From Nitrosopumilus sp. (lineage in GTDB: Archaea; Thermoproteota; Nitrososphaeria; Nitrososphaerales; Nitrosopumilaceae), in the NCBI GenBank assembly GCA_965204345.1, contig OZ241981.1, forward strand, positions 1,888,001-1,952,000: DNA of 64,000 bases, given 5' to 3'. Shown here in pieces: positions 40,361 to 50,652 of the stretch (position 1 is the stretch's first letter; each line of letters opens with the position of its first letter). A program made the translations under genes and the position numbers. Below the pieces are notes generated by a model. The model was not told the DNA's origin and did not search any database. It was given only the letters and a program-made list of their open reading frames with translations.

Positions 40361-41719
40361 TTAAATCGAGCTTACTGCAATGTCTTTTACCTTGATTGAT
40401 GGCGTAATTGATGGCAATGATGCCCATTGAATCACATTTTTTGGACTGTCTCCAACATCTGAAATATTCTTTAACATTTTTGGCAAACTGTGAATTATTC
40501 TAACTGATTTTCCGGGATTTGTTATCTCCCCATCTTTAATAATTCTGATTCCACTTCTTGCAGTACATGAAAAATCCCCCTTTATGGGATTCACTGCATA
40601 AGTGTACCACAGCCGTCCTACTAGCAATCCCTGCTTTGTATCCTTGATCATCTCTTCTTGTGTCTTTGTTCCCGGCATTAGCGTTAGATTGTGTGGCAAT
40701 GACGCTGGAATTGGCTCTGTGCTTCTTCCCATCTGAGATCCTGCACGTGACGCATTCCCTGTTGATTGCCTGTCTTTTTTGTATCCGTCAAACAGGTTTG
40801 AATACGTGTCTGTGAATATGCCGTTTGCCACCAGTGTCCTTTTCTTGGTTTCTGTGCCCTCATCATCGACTGATTTTGTTCCCATTCCATTTGGAACGTG
40901 CGGATCATCGACTAGACTGAATTCTTTGGCTGCAATCTCTTTTTCAAACTTGTCTGAAAAGCAGCTCTTCTTTTCTGAAAACAGTTTGAAATTAAAGTTT
41001 GCAGCCATCACAAATGCCAGTATCTCTCCAACTGAGTATGGCTCAAAAATTATCGAATATTTTTCTGATGGTATTTTTTGCGGGTTTATTGATTCAACGC
41101 ACATTTTTTTTGCATCGCCCCCTATCTGCTCTGCTGAAAAGCTTGACAGCATTCTTCCGCTACCGTGCCCTATTCCTGACACCGGGGTATTGCCTAATTC
41201 TGATTCGGCATTAATTATGCCTGCAATGTATGTTGCTTTTTCCTTAAAGCTTAGCCCGTTGGAATTTTCCAATTCAAAATTCTCTGATACTATGTTCAGT
41301 GATCCTGTAATGGTATCTATTTTACTGTCTTTGGCTGAATTGATCATGTTTTGTACGATATCCGTAATCTCTGATCCTGATATCTCTTCTAGTCTTTTAT
41401 CATATGTTCCTTTTATCTCCAAGCGATTTGTTGCATGCGGCAACCCCTTCCAAAATTTTATCGGCTTGCTTTTTGATAATGTTCTAAGGGTTTGATCCAT
41501 GGTATGTTCTATCTCCTGTTCATTAGTTGTCTGAATCGATGCAATTTTTTTATCCTGTATCAGCCGGATTCCTAGACTCTTATCAAAATTCTGTTTAATC
41601 TCTGCTATCTTCGAATCCGTAACCCTGATGGTTGTTGTTTTCTTTTTTACTGATACTATCTCACACTCGTCTATCTTTCTTTTCCTTGAATGCGCCAGTG
41701 CCTTTTCAAAGGCTGACAA
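40361..41719 (-). CDS. TldD/PmbA-family protein
   Basis: DDP..DDEG..STGNA.R and NPIKGDFS motifs. Confidence 0.88.
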   Translation of the reverse strand: MSAFEKALAHSRKRKIDECEIVSVKKKTTTIRVTDSKIAEIKQNFDKSLGIRLIQDKKIASIQTTNEQEIEHTMDQTLRTLSKSKPIKFWKGLPHATNRLEIKGTYDKRLEEISGSEITDIVQNMINSAKDSKIDTITGSLNIVSENFELENSNGLSFKEKATYIAGIINAESELGNTPVSGIGHGSGRMLSSFSAEQIGGDAKKMCVESINPQKIPSEKYSIIFEPYSVGEILAFVMAANFNFKLFSEKKSCFSDKFEKEIAAKEFSLVDDPHVPNGMGTKSVDDEGTETKKRTLVANGIFTDTYSNLFDGYKKDRQSTGNASRAGSQMGRSTEPIPASLPHNLTLMPGTKTQEEMIKDTKQGLLVGRLWYTYAVNPIKGDFSCTARSGIRIIKDGEITNPGKSVRIIHSLPKMLKNISDVGDSPKNVIQWASLPSITPSIKVKDIAVSSI

Positions 41720-41722
41720 TTA

Positions 41723-42979
41723 TTACTGCTTCCTTGGGTTTTTGTAATTAAATTTGTTTATCTTTATCAATTCTGCATATGAACCAAACTGCTTGTCTGA
41801 TACGCAGTCTAGCCTTTCTTCGACTATACTATCACTCTCAAACCTTTTTAGAATTTTATACTGTGTGTCTCTTTCTGCTGGCACCCTTCCTGTCTCCCTT
41901 ATCATTCTTCTAATTTCCTTGGGCTTTAGCAATTGACCGTGTTCTGAACCTGCCGATGTGGAGATGCTCTCATTAATGAGGGTTCCGCCAAAATCATTTG
42001 CTCCCCACATCAGCAATAATTGGGACATTTTTTGTCCCTCTTTTACCCATGACATTTGAATATTGTCTATGTGGTTGTTTAGCATAATTCTTGCGACTGC
42101 ATGTGTAAGCAAAACATCATTTCCACTGCCTCCCTGCCTGATTCCCTCATGCAGCTTGTGCTTGTACATTGGTGCCTCTGTATGGATGAAATTAAGCGGA
42201 ACAAACTCTGTAAACCCTCCCGTCTCTTTTTGAATGTCTCTTAATTTTGCAATATGTCTTACCCTGTCCCTGAGGGTCTCTACGTGGCCAAACATCATAG
42301 TCGATGTTGTATTAATCCCCATTCTGTGGGCACACTTGATGACTGTCTCCCAATCGTCTGCACTTATTCTTCCTGGTGAAATTCTGTCTCTTAGTTTTTG
42401 ATCCAGTATCTCAGCTGAGGTCCCGGGAAGTGTATTGACTCCTGCCTCCTTCATTCTTTTTAGAAACTCCTCAATTGAGACGTTTGATCTTGTTGCGCCA
42501 TACAAAATCTCCTCAGGCGAAAACCCGTGGATGTGTATATCTGGAATCTCTCTTTTGATTTCCCTGCAGATATTCTCATACAAGTCGCCTTCCATGTCAG
42601 GTGGCAGCCCTGCCTGTATGCATACCTCCGTTGCCCCTAGCTGGTATGCTTCTTTTGTTCTACGCACAATCTCCTCTGTTGGCAGAAAATATCCCTCTTC
42701 TTCTCTAAAATCCCTACTAAATGCGCAAAATCCACATTGTTTTATGCAGACATTTGTGAAATTGATGTTTCTGTTGACTATATATGATACTGTGTCCCCT
42801 ACCCTCCTTCTTCGTAACTCATCTGCGACAAGTCCCACTAGATGAAAGCTTATCCCGGTTGCATTAAACAGCTCTAATCCGTCATTTGCAGAGATCTCTT
42901 TTTCAGACAATGCATTCTCTAGTATTTCTGAAATTTTCGAATCTGCATTTTTAAAAAGTGAGTCCATGCTGCCTGTCAT
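41723..42979 (-). CDS. cofH: FO synthase subunit CofH
   Basis: NRNINFTNVCIKQCGFCAF, PGTSAEIL, TMMFGH and GANDFGGTLINESIS. Confidence 0.92.
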   Translation of the reverse strand: MTGSMDSLFKNADSKISEILENALSEKEISANDGLELFNATGISFHLVGLVADELRRRRVGDTVSYIVNRNINFTNVCIKQCGFCAFSRDFREEEGYFLPTEEIVRRTKEAYQLGATEVCIQAGLPPDMEGDLYENICREIKREIPDIHIHGFSPEEILYGATRSNVSIEEFLKRMKEAGVNTLPGTSAEILDQKLRDRISPGRISADDWETVIKCAHRMGINTTSTMMFGHVETLRDRVRHIAKLRDIQKETGGFTEFVPLNFIHTEAPMYKHKLHEGIRQGGSGNDVLLTHAVARIMLNNHIDNIQMSWVKEGQKMSQLLLMWGANDFGGTLINESISTSAGSEHGQLLKPKEIRRMIRETGRVPAERDTQYKILKRFESDSIVEERLDCVSDKQFGSYAELIKINKFNYKNPRKQ

Positions 42980-44145
42980 CTCCAGTATTCCTCCCTTACG
43001 AGTCCATCCTCGTCTTCAATGACTGACATCTTGCCTCTTAACTCTTTACTAATCAGAGAAAAGAATTCAGGATATGCTGGAAATCTGCATCTTAGCTCAA
43101 ATCCTGCCTTCCTTGAGTTTTCATCGACTTTGCTGATTTGCGGCCAAGAAAATTCCGGATTGACAAAGTCCGGGGTAAGCGGGGATATCCCTCCCCAGTC
43201 GTTTATTCCAGCTGATAGGAAACTTTGATATGATTTTGGGGAAAGATTTGGCGGAATCTGTATGTTCATTTGCGGCATGATTATTCTTGATAGTGCCACA
43301 ACTGTCTTGAAATATTTTTCATCTGCTGATGGCTCATCCCTCATTTTTGTATCTTGTTTTGGCTGAAAGTTTTGCAAAATTACCTCCTGAATATTTCCGT
43401 ACTTTTGGTGTAGATGCCTTATTGCAAATAACGAATCAATTATCTCCTCCATTGTTTCTCCTATTCCTACAAGAATGCCCGTAGTCATCGGTATTGCTAA
43501 TTTGCCTGAATTCTCCAAGATTCCCAACCTCGTCTCTGGTCTTTTACTTGCCGCTAGATGGTGCGGCATTCCTTTCTCTGTAAGTCTCTCACTTGTATTT
43601 TCCAGCATAATTCCCATTGATACATTTGTCTTTTTTAGTTCCCTCATTTCCTCATAATTTAGATTCCCTGCATTTGTGTGGGGAAATAGCCCGGCATCTA
43701 ATGCCCATTCTGATGCGTGAACCAGGTACTCTGAGGTTGACCTGAATCCGTTTTTCTTTAGCCATTCCCTTGCCTCCTGGTATCTCTGCTCTGGCTGTTC
43801 TCCTGTAACAAAAAGAGCCTCTACACACCCGTACTTTTTTGCCAGTCGCAGCAGTTCTGTAACCTGCTGTCTTGACATTAGTGACAGCTTTGCCTCTTCT
43901 GGCTCTGCCTTGTATGTGCAATAGGAACAAGTGTCCTTGCAGAGGTTTACAATGTTGAAAAATGCCTTTTTGGAGAATGTAACTGAACTGTCCTTGAACC
44001 TCATTCTTAGCTTTTGGGCGGCCAAAAACAGTTCATCTGATGACTGTGTTGATTTCTGATAAATTTCAATAGCATCCTGACGTGATACTGCTTTATCCTC
44101 TAAAACATTGTTTAGACCCTCAGAATCAAAGACAAGATTACTCAA
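42976..44145 (-). CDS. cofG: FO synthase subunit CofG
   Basis: LCKDTCSYCTY, PHTNAG, TTGILVGIGE, QIPPNL and GINDWGGISP. Confidence 0.92.
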   Translation of the reverse strand: MSNLVFDSEGLNNVLEDKAVSRQDAIEIYQKSTQSSDELFLAAQKLRMRFKDSSVTFSKKAFFNIVNLCKDTCSYCTYKAEPEEAKLSLMSRQQVTELLRLAKKYGCVEALFVTGEQPEQRYQEAREWLKKNGFRSTSEYLVHASEWALDAGLFPHTNAGNLNYEEMRELKKTNVSMGIMLENTSERLTEKGMPHHLAASKRPETRLGILENSGKLAIPMTTGILVGIGETMEEIIDSLFAIRHLHQKYGNIQEVILQNFQPKQDTKMRDEPSADEKYFKTVVALSRIIMPQMNIQIPPNLSPKSYQSFLSAGINDWGGISPLTPDFVNPEFSWPQISKVDENSRKAGFELRCRFPAYPEFFSLISKELRGKMSVIEDEDGLVREEYWR

Positions 44146-44187
44146 CAGAAAGATTTCTTGATTGGCAGTATTTATGCTTGTATTGGA

Positions 44188-45345
44188 CTAGTTAGAAGAC
44201 GGTCTCTCCTGTAGGGTAATTGTCACATTTGTTGTCCTGCCATCCCTTAGAATTTCTAATACCATCTCGTCTCCTACTGATTTTGCCCTTTGCAAGTGAA
44301 TCAAAATATCGCTAATCTTCCTAACCTCGATTCCGTCTACTGATAAAATTATGTCTCCGCCTATTGGGTAATTGGCTCCCTTGACTTCTATGGTCTTATC
44401 AGATCCAATCAATCCTGCATTGTATGCTGGACTGTCCTCCACCACTGTGATGACTAGAAATCCCACCGCATCTTTTAGATTCAGCACATCTGCCATGTCC
44501 GGATCAATGTCTCGACCTGAAATTCCAATCCACGGGTGCTTGTATTCTCCTGCCTCAATTAACGTTGGAACGATTTTGGCAACTGTTTGTGATGGTACTG
44601 CAAATCCCACCCCGGTAAATTCCCCTGTTGCTGATTGTATTGCGGTGTTTATTCCGACTATGTCCCCGCGCATATTAAGCAGCGGTCCCCCTGAATTACC
44701 CGGGTTGATTGCAGCATCTGTCTGAATCACATCCGGAATTGAAAAGCCTGCCCCTGACGGAAGCAATCTTCCTAACTGACTGACAATCCCCGATGTCATG
44801 GAGCCTGATAATCCAAACGGGTTTCCAATTGCCGCTATCTCTTCTCCCACCTTGAGATTAGACGAATCGCCAATTGACAACGGATTCAACAGGCTTAGAT
44901 CTGCATTGACCTTGATAATTGCGATATCTGTAAACTCATCCACTCCTATAATTTCTGCATTATATGACCTGCCATCAAGAAATGTCACCGTAACCTTGGT
45001 TGCATCCTTGACAACATGGGCATTTGTAATTATGTGTCCTTTTTTGTCAAATACAAATCCTGAACCAACTCCTCCCAGAATGTCTATTGTCTGGCTTCTT
45101 TGAACATTGACTCGTACCACTCCTGGCTCTGATTTTTCAAAGATTTCAATCAATGACAGGCTCTCTGAATAATCTGGTGCTGTTGTCTCTTTGACTGTAT
45201 CTTCTATGTCCTGCTCCTCTGCTATGGTGCTTGGTTTTAGAGATTCTGGAGGCGGCACAAACAGCACACCGACAATTACCAGTACTATTGCAGCTCCTAT
45301 AGCCCCGCCTGCTAGCATTCCTGATTTGTCCATAGAGTTTTTCAT
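44188..45345 (-). CDS. HtrA/DegP-like membrane serine protease with PDZ domain
   Basis: ITNAHVV, DIAII, IQTDAAINPGNSGGPL, C-terminal PDZ and an N-terminal TM anchor. Confidence 0.93.
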   Translation of the reverse strand: MKNSMDKSGMLAGGAIGAAIVLVIVGVLFVPPPESLKPSTIAEEQDIEDTVKETTAPDYSESLSLIEIFEKSEPGVVRVNVQRSQTIDILGGVGSGFVFDKKGHIITNAHVVKDATKVTVTFLDGRSYNAEIIGVDEFTDIAIIKVNADLSLLNPLSIGDSSNLKVGEEIAAIGNPFGLSGSMTSGIVSQLGRLLPSGAGFSIPDVIQTDAAINPGNSGGPLLNMRGDIVGINTAIQSATGEFTGVGFAVPSQTVAKIVPTLIEAGEYKHPWIGISGRDIDPDMADVLNLKDAVGFLVITVVEDSPAYNAGLIGSDKTIEVKGANYPIGGDIILSVDGIEVRKISDILIHLQRAKSVGDEMVLEILRDGRTTNVTITLQERPSSN

Positions 45346-45371
45346 TCCTTGTTTTCTATCTAAAAGGCTTG

Positions 45372-46595
45372 CTATACTCTGATGGAATTTTGGGTATGGT
45401 CTTTCATGGAATAGCTTCTTCCTCTCCATATTACTGATGATGATTTCTTTGCCTGCAGTAATCCGTTTAAAAATCCCAAGACTACTACAAAGCTGCCCAC
45501 TGGTGCAAACATGGCATATGCCATTCTCAGTTTTAGCCCAATTTTTATCTCAATTACTGCTCCAACGTAAATTAGGGCTGATGCAATGGCTGATGCCATG
45601 CATAGCATCTTTGCAGATGCTGTTTCAGCTGGAATTGACGATGCTGCTGTTGCTGCTGATATTGCAAATATTGGAAACGGCACAAATAACAAAAATGTTA
45701 CCGCAAAGAAGATTCCTATTGCAATCTTGCCATCCTGAAGATACAGTGGAATCATCAGTCTCTTCAAGGCATTCCACAGGGTATTCCTGTCTCGTGCCCA
45801 AACTGCGTCAATGAGATGCTCACCCCTGACCATCCTCATTTTGTATCCTCCCTCTTTGACCTTCTTGCCTAGTGCTCCATCCTCAATAATTTCCTGTTTT
45901 ACACCCTCATGTGTTCCTATTTGCTGATATGTTGTCTTTTTTAGAATAAAAAAACTGCCAAAAAAATATCCTGTTTTCTTTGATGGATTATTCACATTCA
46001 AAGCTGAGAACCTGGTATGCAGAAATGTAGAGATCATTGGAAGCGTAATGTTTGTCCAAAAATCAAATGTGAGCATTCTTGGAATCGCTGATAGTGCATC
46101 AAGATTAAATGAATTCAGATGTGATACTGCAAGTGACATTACATTTTTTGCATGATGCGTGTCTGCATCTGTAAATAACAGCAACTCTCCTGTTGCCTTG
46201 TCATATCCTTGCATACACGCCCAATTTTTCCCCATCCATCCATCCGGTTTTGGTTTTGCCGATACAGCAATTATTTTTTCATGCCTTTTTGCATATTCTG
46301 AAATTATTTTCCCTGTTGCATCATCAGACGAATCATCAATTGCAATAATTTCAAAATTTTCATAGTCTTGCCCTACTAGGGAATCCAGGCATCTCTTGAT
46401 GTGTTTTTCCTCATTTCGTGCCGGCAGAATTACTGAGACTCTGGGGCTTGTTTTTGACGTGTTTTCAAATTTATCCAGATACGGTGCTAGCCTAAACGAA
46501 TCTGTCATGGATTTTATCAGATATATCCAAGCACCCGAAATTCCAACCAGCACTGCAGTTAGCGAATAATTAAAGATATCCGTAAACAGTTCCAT
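45372..46595 (-). CDS. GT2 glycosyltransferase, membrane-bound
   Basis: LPARNEE, IDDSSDD, GWMGKNWA, FTDAD and IIED. Confidence 0.9.
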   Translation of the reverse strand: MELFTDIFNYSLTAVLVGISGAWIYLIKSMTDSFRLAPYLDKFENTSKTSPRVSVILPARNEEKHIKRCLDSLVGQDYENFEIIAIDDSSDDATGKIISEYAKRHEKIIAVSAKPKPDGWMGKNWACMQGYDKATGELLLFTDADTHHAKNVMSLAVSHLNSFNLDALSAIPRMLTFDFWTNITLPMISTFLHTRFSALNVNNPSKKTGYFFGSFFILKKTTYQQIGTHEGVKQEIIEDGALGKKVKEGGYKMRMVRGEHLIDAVWARDRNTLWNALKRLMIPLYLQDGKIAIGIFFAVTFLLFVPFPIFAISAATAASSIPAETASAKMLCMASAIASALIYVGAVIEIKIGLKLRMAYAMFAPVGSFVVVLGFLNGLLQAKKSSSVIWRGRSYSMKDHTQNSIRV

Positions 46596-46600
46596 GAATC

Positions 46601-47029
46601 CTATCTCTCTGCTTCTTCTTTAATTGCTTGCATGGCCTGCTCTGTCCCACTCTTGATGTGTTTTTTAATCATGCCTGTAAACATTCCCATAATGCCGGTT
46701 AGCTTAATGTCCCAGTCTGTGCACAGCATGGTCTTGTCCTCTTTTGGAACCAGTGATATGATCTTCTCTCCGTCTATGATTCCTTTGATGAATTTGGCCT
46801 CTATCCTTTCTTTGGGGTAAATTTTTACCTCTTGCAGGCATTTTTGATCCCTAAATGCAATTATGACCTCTCTGCTTATGATGTTGTCTTTTTTGGAGAT
46901 GTTTCTGACTTTTTTTGTTCCTTTCCAAAACTTTGGCTCATTATCAATATCTGATACAACCTCCCACACTCTGTCACTTTTTGCATTGATTTCTGTCTCT
47001 ACCCTGATTGTAGCCATGCTACCACGCAT
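46601..47029 (-). CDS. SRPBCC/START-fold (polyketide cyclase-like) protein
   Basis: IEINA..VWEVVSD..PKFW pattern. Confidence 0.8.
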   Translation of the reverse strand: MRGSMATIRVETEINAKSDRVWEVVSDIDNEPKFWKGTKKVRNISKKDNIISREVIIAFRDQKCLQEVKIYPKERIEAKFIKGIIDGEKIISLVPKEDKTMLCTDWDIKLTGIMGMFTGMIKKHIKSGTEQAMQAIKEEAER

Positions 47030-47190
47030 TTGTGTCGCATTAAATATATTAGATTCGTATTATATCTTGAGGTAGGCTGTGATGGGTAAATGCCTAAAAT
47101 CCGGAACACTAACTCCAGTTCCAACGGCGTTTGCCATTCTTCCGTCACAGCCACCTAAAATTTAAAAAGAAAACTATGTTCTCAAACTAT

Positions 47191-47388
47191 ATGCCAAAAA
47201 TTCAAACCCTGGATGGTGCCGGATTCTGGAAAAACGCATATGCACACCAACGCGGAAAGTTACTCAAAAAAGTAAACGTTCCTGAAGATCAAATTATTAT
47301 ACTTGTCAATAAGCAGTATATGGAAATTCCAGCTGCATTACGATATGAGATTGAAACTAGCGGAATAGATAAAAAAGAACTCCTATAA
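47191..47388 (+). CDS. Small hypothetical protein
   Basis: ATG at 47191; same strand and upstream of the next gene. Confidence 0.6.
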   Translation: MPKIQTLDGAGFWKNAYAHQRGKLLKKVNVPEDQIIILVNKQYMEIPAALRYEIETSGIDKKELL

Positions 47389-47423
47389 CATTCGAAATTG
47401 ATTTTAACTAGAAGAATCAGGGT

Positions 47424-47759
47424 TTGATTATGACTGATGTGTCTTATGATGACTTTGCAAAGCTGGATATTAGAGTTGCAAAAATCATTGCAACTGAACC
47501 TATTGAGGGCAAATCTCGAATCATTAAGGGAAGAATTGACTTGGGCGGAGACGACCAGCGTGATGTTATAATTGGCGGCGCACAATATTACCTGCCTGAA
47601 GACCTTGTGGGAAAGACTGTCATTGTAATTGCCAATCTTGAACCCAAGAGGATGGCAGGCGTTGAATCAAATGCAATGCTGTTGGCAGCTGACGTTGATG
47701 ACAAGCCATTCTGGCTTACTGTGTCCCAAGACGTTCCATTAGGCAGCCTGATAAAATAA
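47424..47759 (+). CDS. tRNA-binding OB-fold protein (Trbp111/CsaA-like)
   Basis: DFAKLDIRVAKI..LVGKTVIVIANLEP..GVESNAMLLA. Confidence 0.9.
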   Translation: MIMTDVSYDDFAKLDIRVAKIIATEPIEGKSRIIKGRIDLGGDDQRDVIIGGAQYYLPEDLVGKTVIVIANLEPKRMAGVESNAMLLAADVDDKPFWLTVSQDVPLGSLIK

Positions 47760-47954
47760 CTCTAAAAGTTTAGTTTTAGAAATGGGATATTTCAATTTCT
47801 CAAAGTGAGTTGCAATACAGAATCTGACCAGCTCTTTAATCTGTAATTCATTTTCCGTTTTAGACCCACTCCGATATTATTTTATGATGTGCAAAAAAAT
47901 TCATGTATTTTTTGCCTGATTATTGCATTTAACATTTAAGACTGTGTGATTTGC

Positions 47955-48683
47955 TCAAACACCAAATTCCTTGATCTTCATCTTCCCCTTGAGATAAACG
48001 GCGTAATGCTGCAATCCGGTATCTATGCAATAGTGCTCTGAATCTTTTGTTCTAGCATGCATTATTTTACTTCCTTTTGTGTGTCCAAAGATCTGATTGA
48101 CTCCTGGAACGTCCACAAATTCCCCATAATCACACCACAGTGGACCGCCTACCATGTTTGAACCGCCGCGAGAAAACCCTACCTGAAAAAAGGAATGCAT
48201 ACGATCTACATCATCAATATCTTTTAGATCCTCTTTAGAATAATCCAACACCTCCTGAACTGAATCTGATTTTTTTCTACGCTGCTGTTTGAGAAAATCA
48301 TGGGATAGCCCTGCATGAGTGCACAGCCAATCATCGATCCAATGATACATCTTTAGTTTACCCCAAGGAATAGACTGCTGTTTTATCAAGTCATGTTTTT
48401 CTTCTGCATACCCAGAGCACTTGAGATTTGGGTTATCAGTCATATAGCTAAGATCATGGTTGCCAATCAGATGAACTCGGTTTTGTATTTGCAATGATTT
48501 GTCAAGCCATCTTGCAGTATTTGCAGCGTCCTTGTCAGTATCATAAAAATTATCAAAATAATCTCCCAAAAATACAACCTGATCAGGTTTTTCTTTTTTG
48601 ATAATTTTTTCTGCAATCTCAAATTCATTATGGATATCAGCAATAATCACGAATTTTTCAGATGACAAAATGTTAGAAGACAT
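47955..48683 (-). CDS. Calcineurin-like metallophosphoesterase
   Basis: IADIH, LGDYFD, IGNHD, THAG and FGHT. Confidence 0.9.
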   Translation of the reverse strand: MSSNILSSEKFVIIADIHNEFEIAEKIIKKEKPDQVVFLGDYFDNFYDTDKDAANTARWLDKSLQIQNRVHLIGNHDLSYMTDNPNLKCSGYAEEKHDLIKQQSIPWGKLKMYHWIDDWLCTHAGLSHDFLKQQRRKKSDSVQEVLDYSKEDLKDIDDVDRMHSFFQVGFSRGGSNMVGGPLWCDYGEFVDVPGVNQIFGHTKGSKIMHARTKDSEHYCIDTGLQHYAVYLKGKMKIKEFGV

Positions 48684-49134
48684 GATTATTTTACCGCTTA
48701 GATGCTAATTTAGATTCTGTGATTTTAAAAATTTTTTTTAAACATGATTTATGAAAAGTATGTTAAGCATGCCTTGTTAGCTTGATGGCTTGCTGGAATT
48801 TTTACCGTCCTGCTAAACATGGTCCAGAAATATGATGTGTTTGCAGTGACTGGGCATGGCAAAAGATGTTCTCAGATGTTCAAGTAATAACAGAATATGG
48901 GAGATGTATGGCATATTGCTTGTAGTTAGTATGCAGTATTCCTTGCCTAAGTGGACTTGCTGCAATTGCAATATTGGGACCAAATGCATGGCTAATAGTT
49001 TGATATGTGATCATTGCATTGATAATTATTCTACTGTTCCAAACTCGAAACATTTCATAGGACTTCAATTTAGTTTGATAAATTCCCGTAATTAGATCAT
49101 TAAAATTTATCAAGAAGTTTGCACTAAAGATGCA

Positions 49135-49368
49135 ATGATAAGGTTCACATCCACTCTTTCTTTATTTGGCATTACGCTCATAATCTTTACGATAGTTGGC
49201 ATACTTTTGATACCCACATGTTCTTATTATTTTGATGATACAATAACATGCGGACCAGACCCGAATCTGCCTCCACAAATTGCTATTGATATATGTGTGC
49301 AGCGAACAGCTCCTATTGCGGTATGCTCAAGTGTTTGGGACGACATACAAGCCGCCTTAGAACCGTGA
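49135..49368 (+). CDS. Small secreted/membrane Cys-containing protein
   Basis: N-terminal hydrophobic helix and 4 Cys. Confidence 0.5.
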   Translation: MIRFTSTLSLFGITLIIFTIVGILLIPTCSYYFDDTITCGPDPNLPPQIAIDICVQRTAPIAVCSSVWDDIQAALEP

Positions 49369-49403
49369 AATGACTGGCAACTCATCCTAAAAACTGTCAA
49401 CAG

Positions 49404-49638
49404 TGCATCCTGGCAATAAATTGTCAAGTTCCAGTGATCAGATAATCAAAGTATGCCAAATCCATTAAATTGTATTTCTGACAGTTGATCCTACATGGCT
49501 GAAAAGTTTGCAGCAGACAGATGCATGGTCATTGACCAAAACAAGATGACTGTCATAAAAGTTACCTCATCCAAATTTGATTCTGTCTCACATTCCAAAA
49601 TAGACCGGAGATATGCACAGACACTGTCAGGCAAAGAC
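49404..49638 (+). repeat. 235-bp repeat, inverted copy of 53958-54192
   Basis: Aligns by eye at roughly 85-90% to the reverse complement of 53958-54192. Confidence 0.9.
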
Positions 49639-49692
49639 TGTGTATTACAAGATACACTGTTTCAAACTCTGGGCATTGCCCCTAGTGCTTAA
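49495..49692 (+). pseudogene. Truncated paralogue of the HEAT-repeat gene at 53592-54101
   Basis: MAEKFAADRCMVIDQNKMTVIK..RYAQTLSGKD matches the first ~48 aa of the paralogue, then diverges. Confidence 0.8.
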
Positions 49693-49946
49693 TTTGGGAC
49701 ATGGAATAACCTTCTAATCCAAAGGATGGCCTAATGCATGTCTACTTTAACATTATAATCTGTCAGTCCGTTGTTCCAAACTAGTTCGTACTTTATTTGG
49801 AGATATGATCATATGCAAGTATAATATTTTGCAGCATTAAAGCAGATGTGTTTGCATTAGATTTGCCAAAACATATTTGAGAAAATCAACCAAAATGAGA
49901 CAAGGAGAAGATCCTAACTAATGATGTTACAAAGCCATTTGTGACA

Positions 49947-50507
49947 TTAATCATAAATCATTAATTTTTTCTCTTCTAGTAGTGAATGCAGGTTGTTTAC
50001 AGATCTGTAGACATCTGTTTCCTGTTTTGCCCCGGTACAAACAAGCTTTCCTGATGAAAATAACAAAATGACTGTTTTTGGGTCTATCATTCTGTGAATA
50101 AGTCCTGGAAACTGCTCAGGCTCATACATGCTTCGTGGCAACGTTCTTGCTGCCTGTTCCAGATGGATCTTTCCGCCTAGATTAATTGATGCTACCATGT
50201 TTTGAATTGTAACCTCTGCATCTTTTTTCACTTTGATTCCGCCTTTTCGTAATTTCTGTACGACTGTCTTTACTGCTTTTCTGGCCATCTCTTCTGATTT
50301 TGAACCCGTACATACCATTTTGCCTGAAGTAAAGATCAGCGTTGCTGTCTTTGGAATTTTTAGTCTAAATACTAATCCTGGAAACTGATCCGGGTGATAT
50401 TCCACATCTGGAAATCTCCTGGTAATGTCGTTTAGATCCATTTTTTGCATTACGTCTGCTGAGGCTACTACGTTTTCTACACTAACGATGGGTTTTGTTT
50501 GTGGCAT
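49947..50507 (-). CDS. tbp: TATA-box binding protein
   Basis: Two repeats of NVVAS..Y.P.QFPGL..LIF.SGK.VCTG. Confidence 0.97.
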   Translation of the reverse strand: MPQTKPIVSVENVVASADVMQKMDLNDITRRFPDVEYHPDQFPGLVFRLKIPKTATLIFTSGKMVCTGSKSEEMARKAVKTVVQKLRKGGIKVKKDAEVTIQNMVASINLGGKIHLEQAARTLPRSMYEPEQFPGLIHRMIDPKTVILLFSSGKLVCTGAKQETDVYRSVNNLHSLLEEKKLMIYD

Positions 50508-50652
50508 ATTCGGCTTTTTTTGTATTTGAACTATAATAAAAGGACTCGCCGTCATTTTTCTCAGAAATGCACCTTTTTCTCATTTTGATCCGTAATTTGG
50601 TCCTTAATTTTAGGAAGAATGCTTTAATTTGGTTCTATGATCTGTTGATTCA

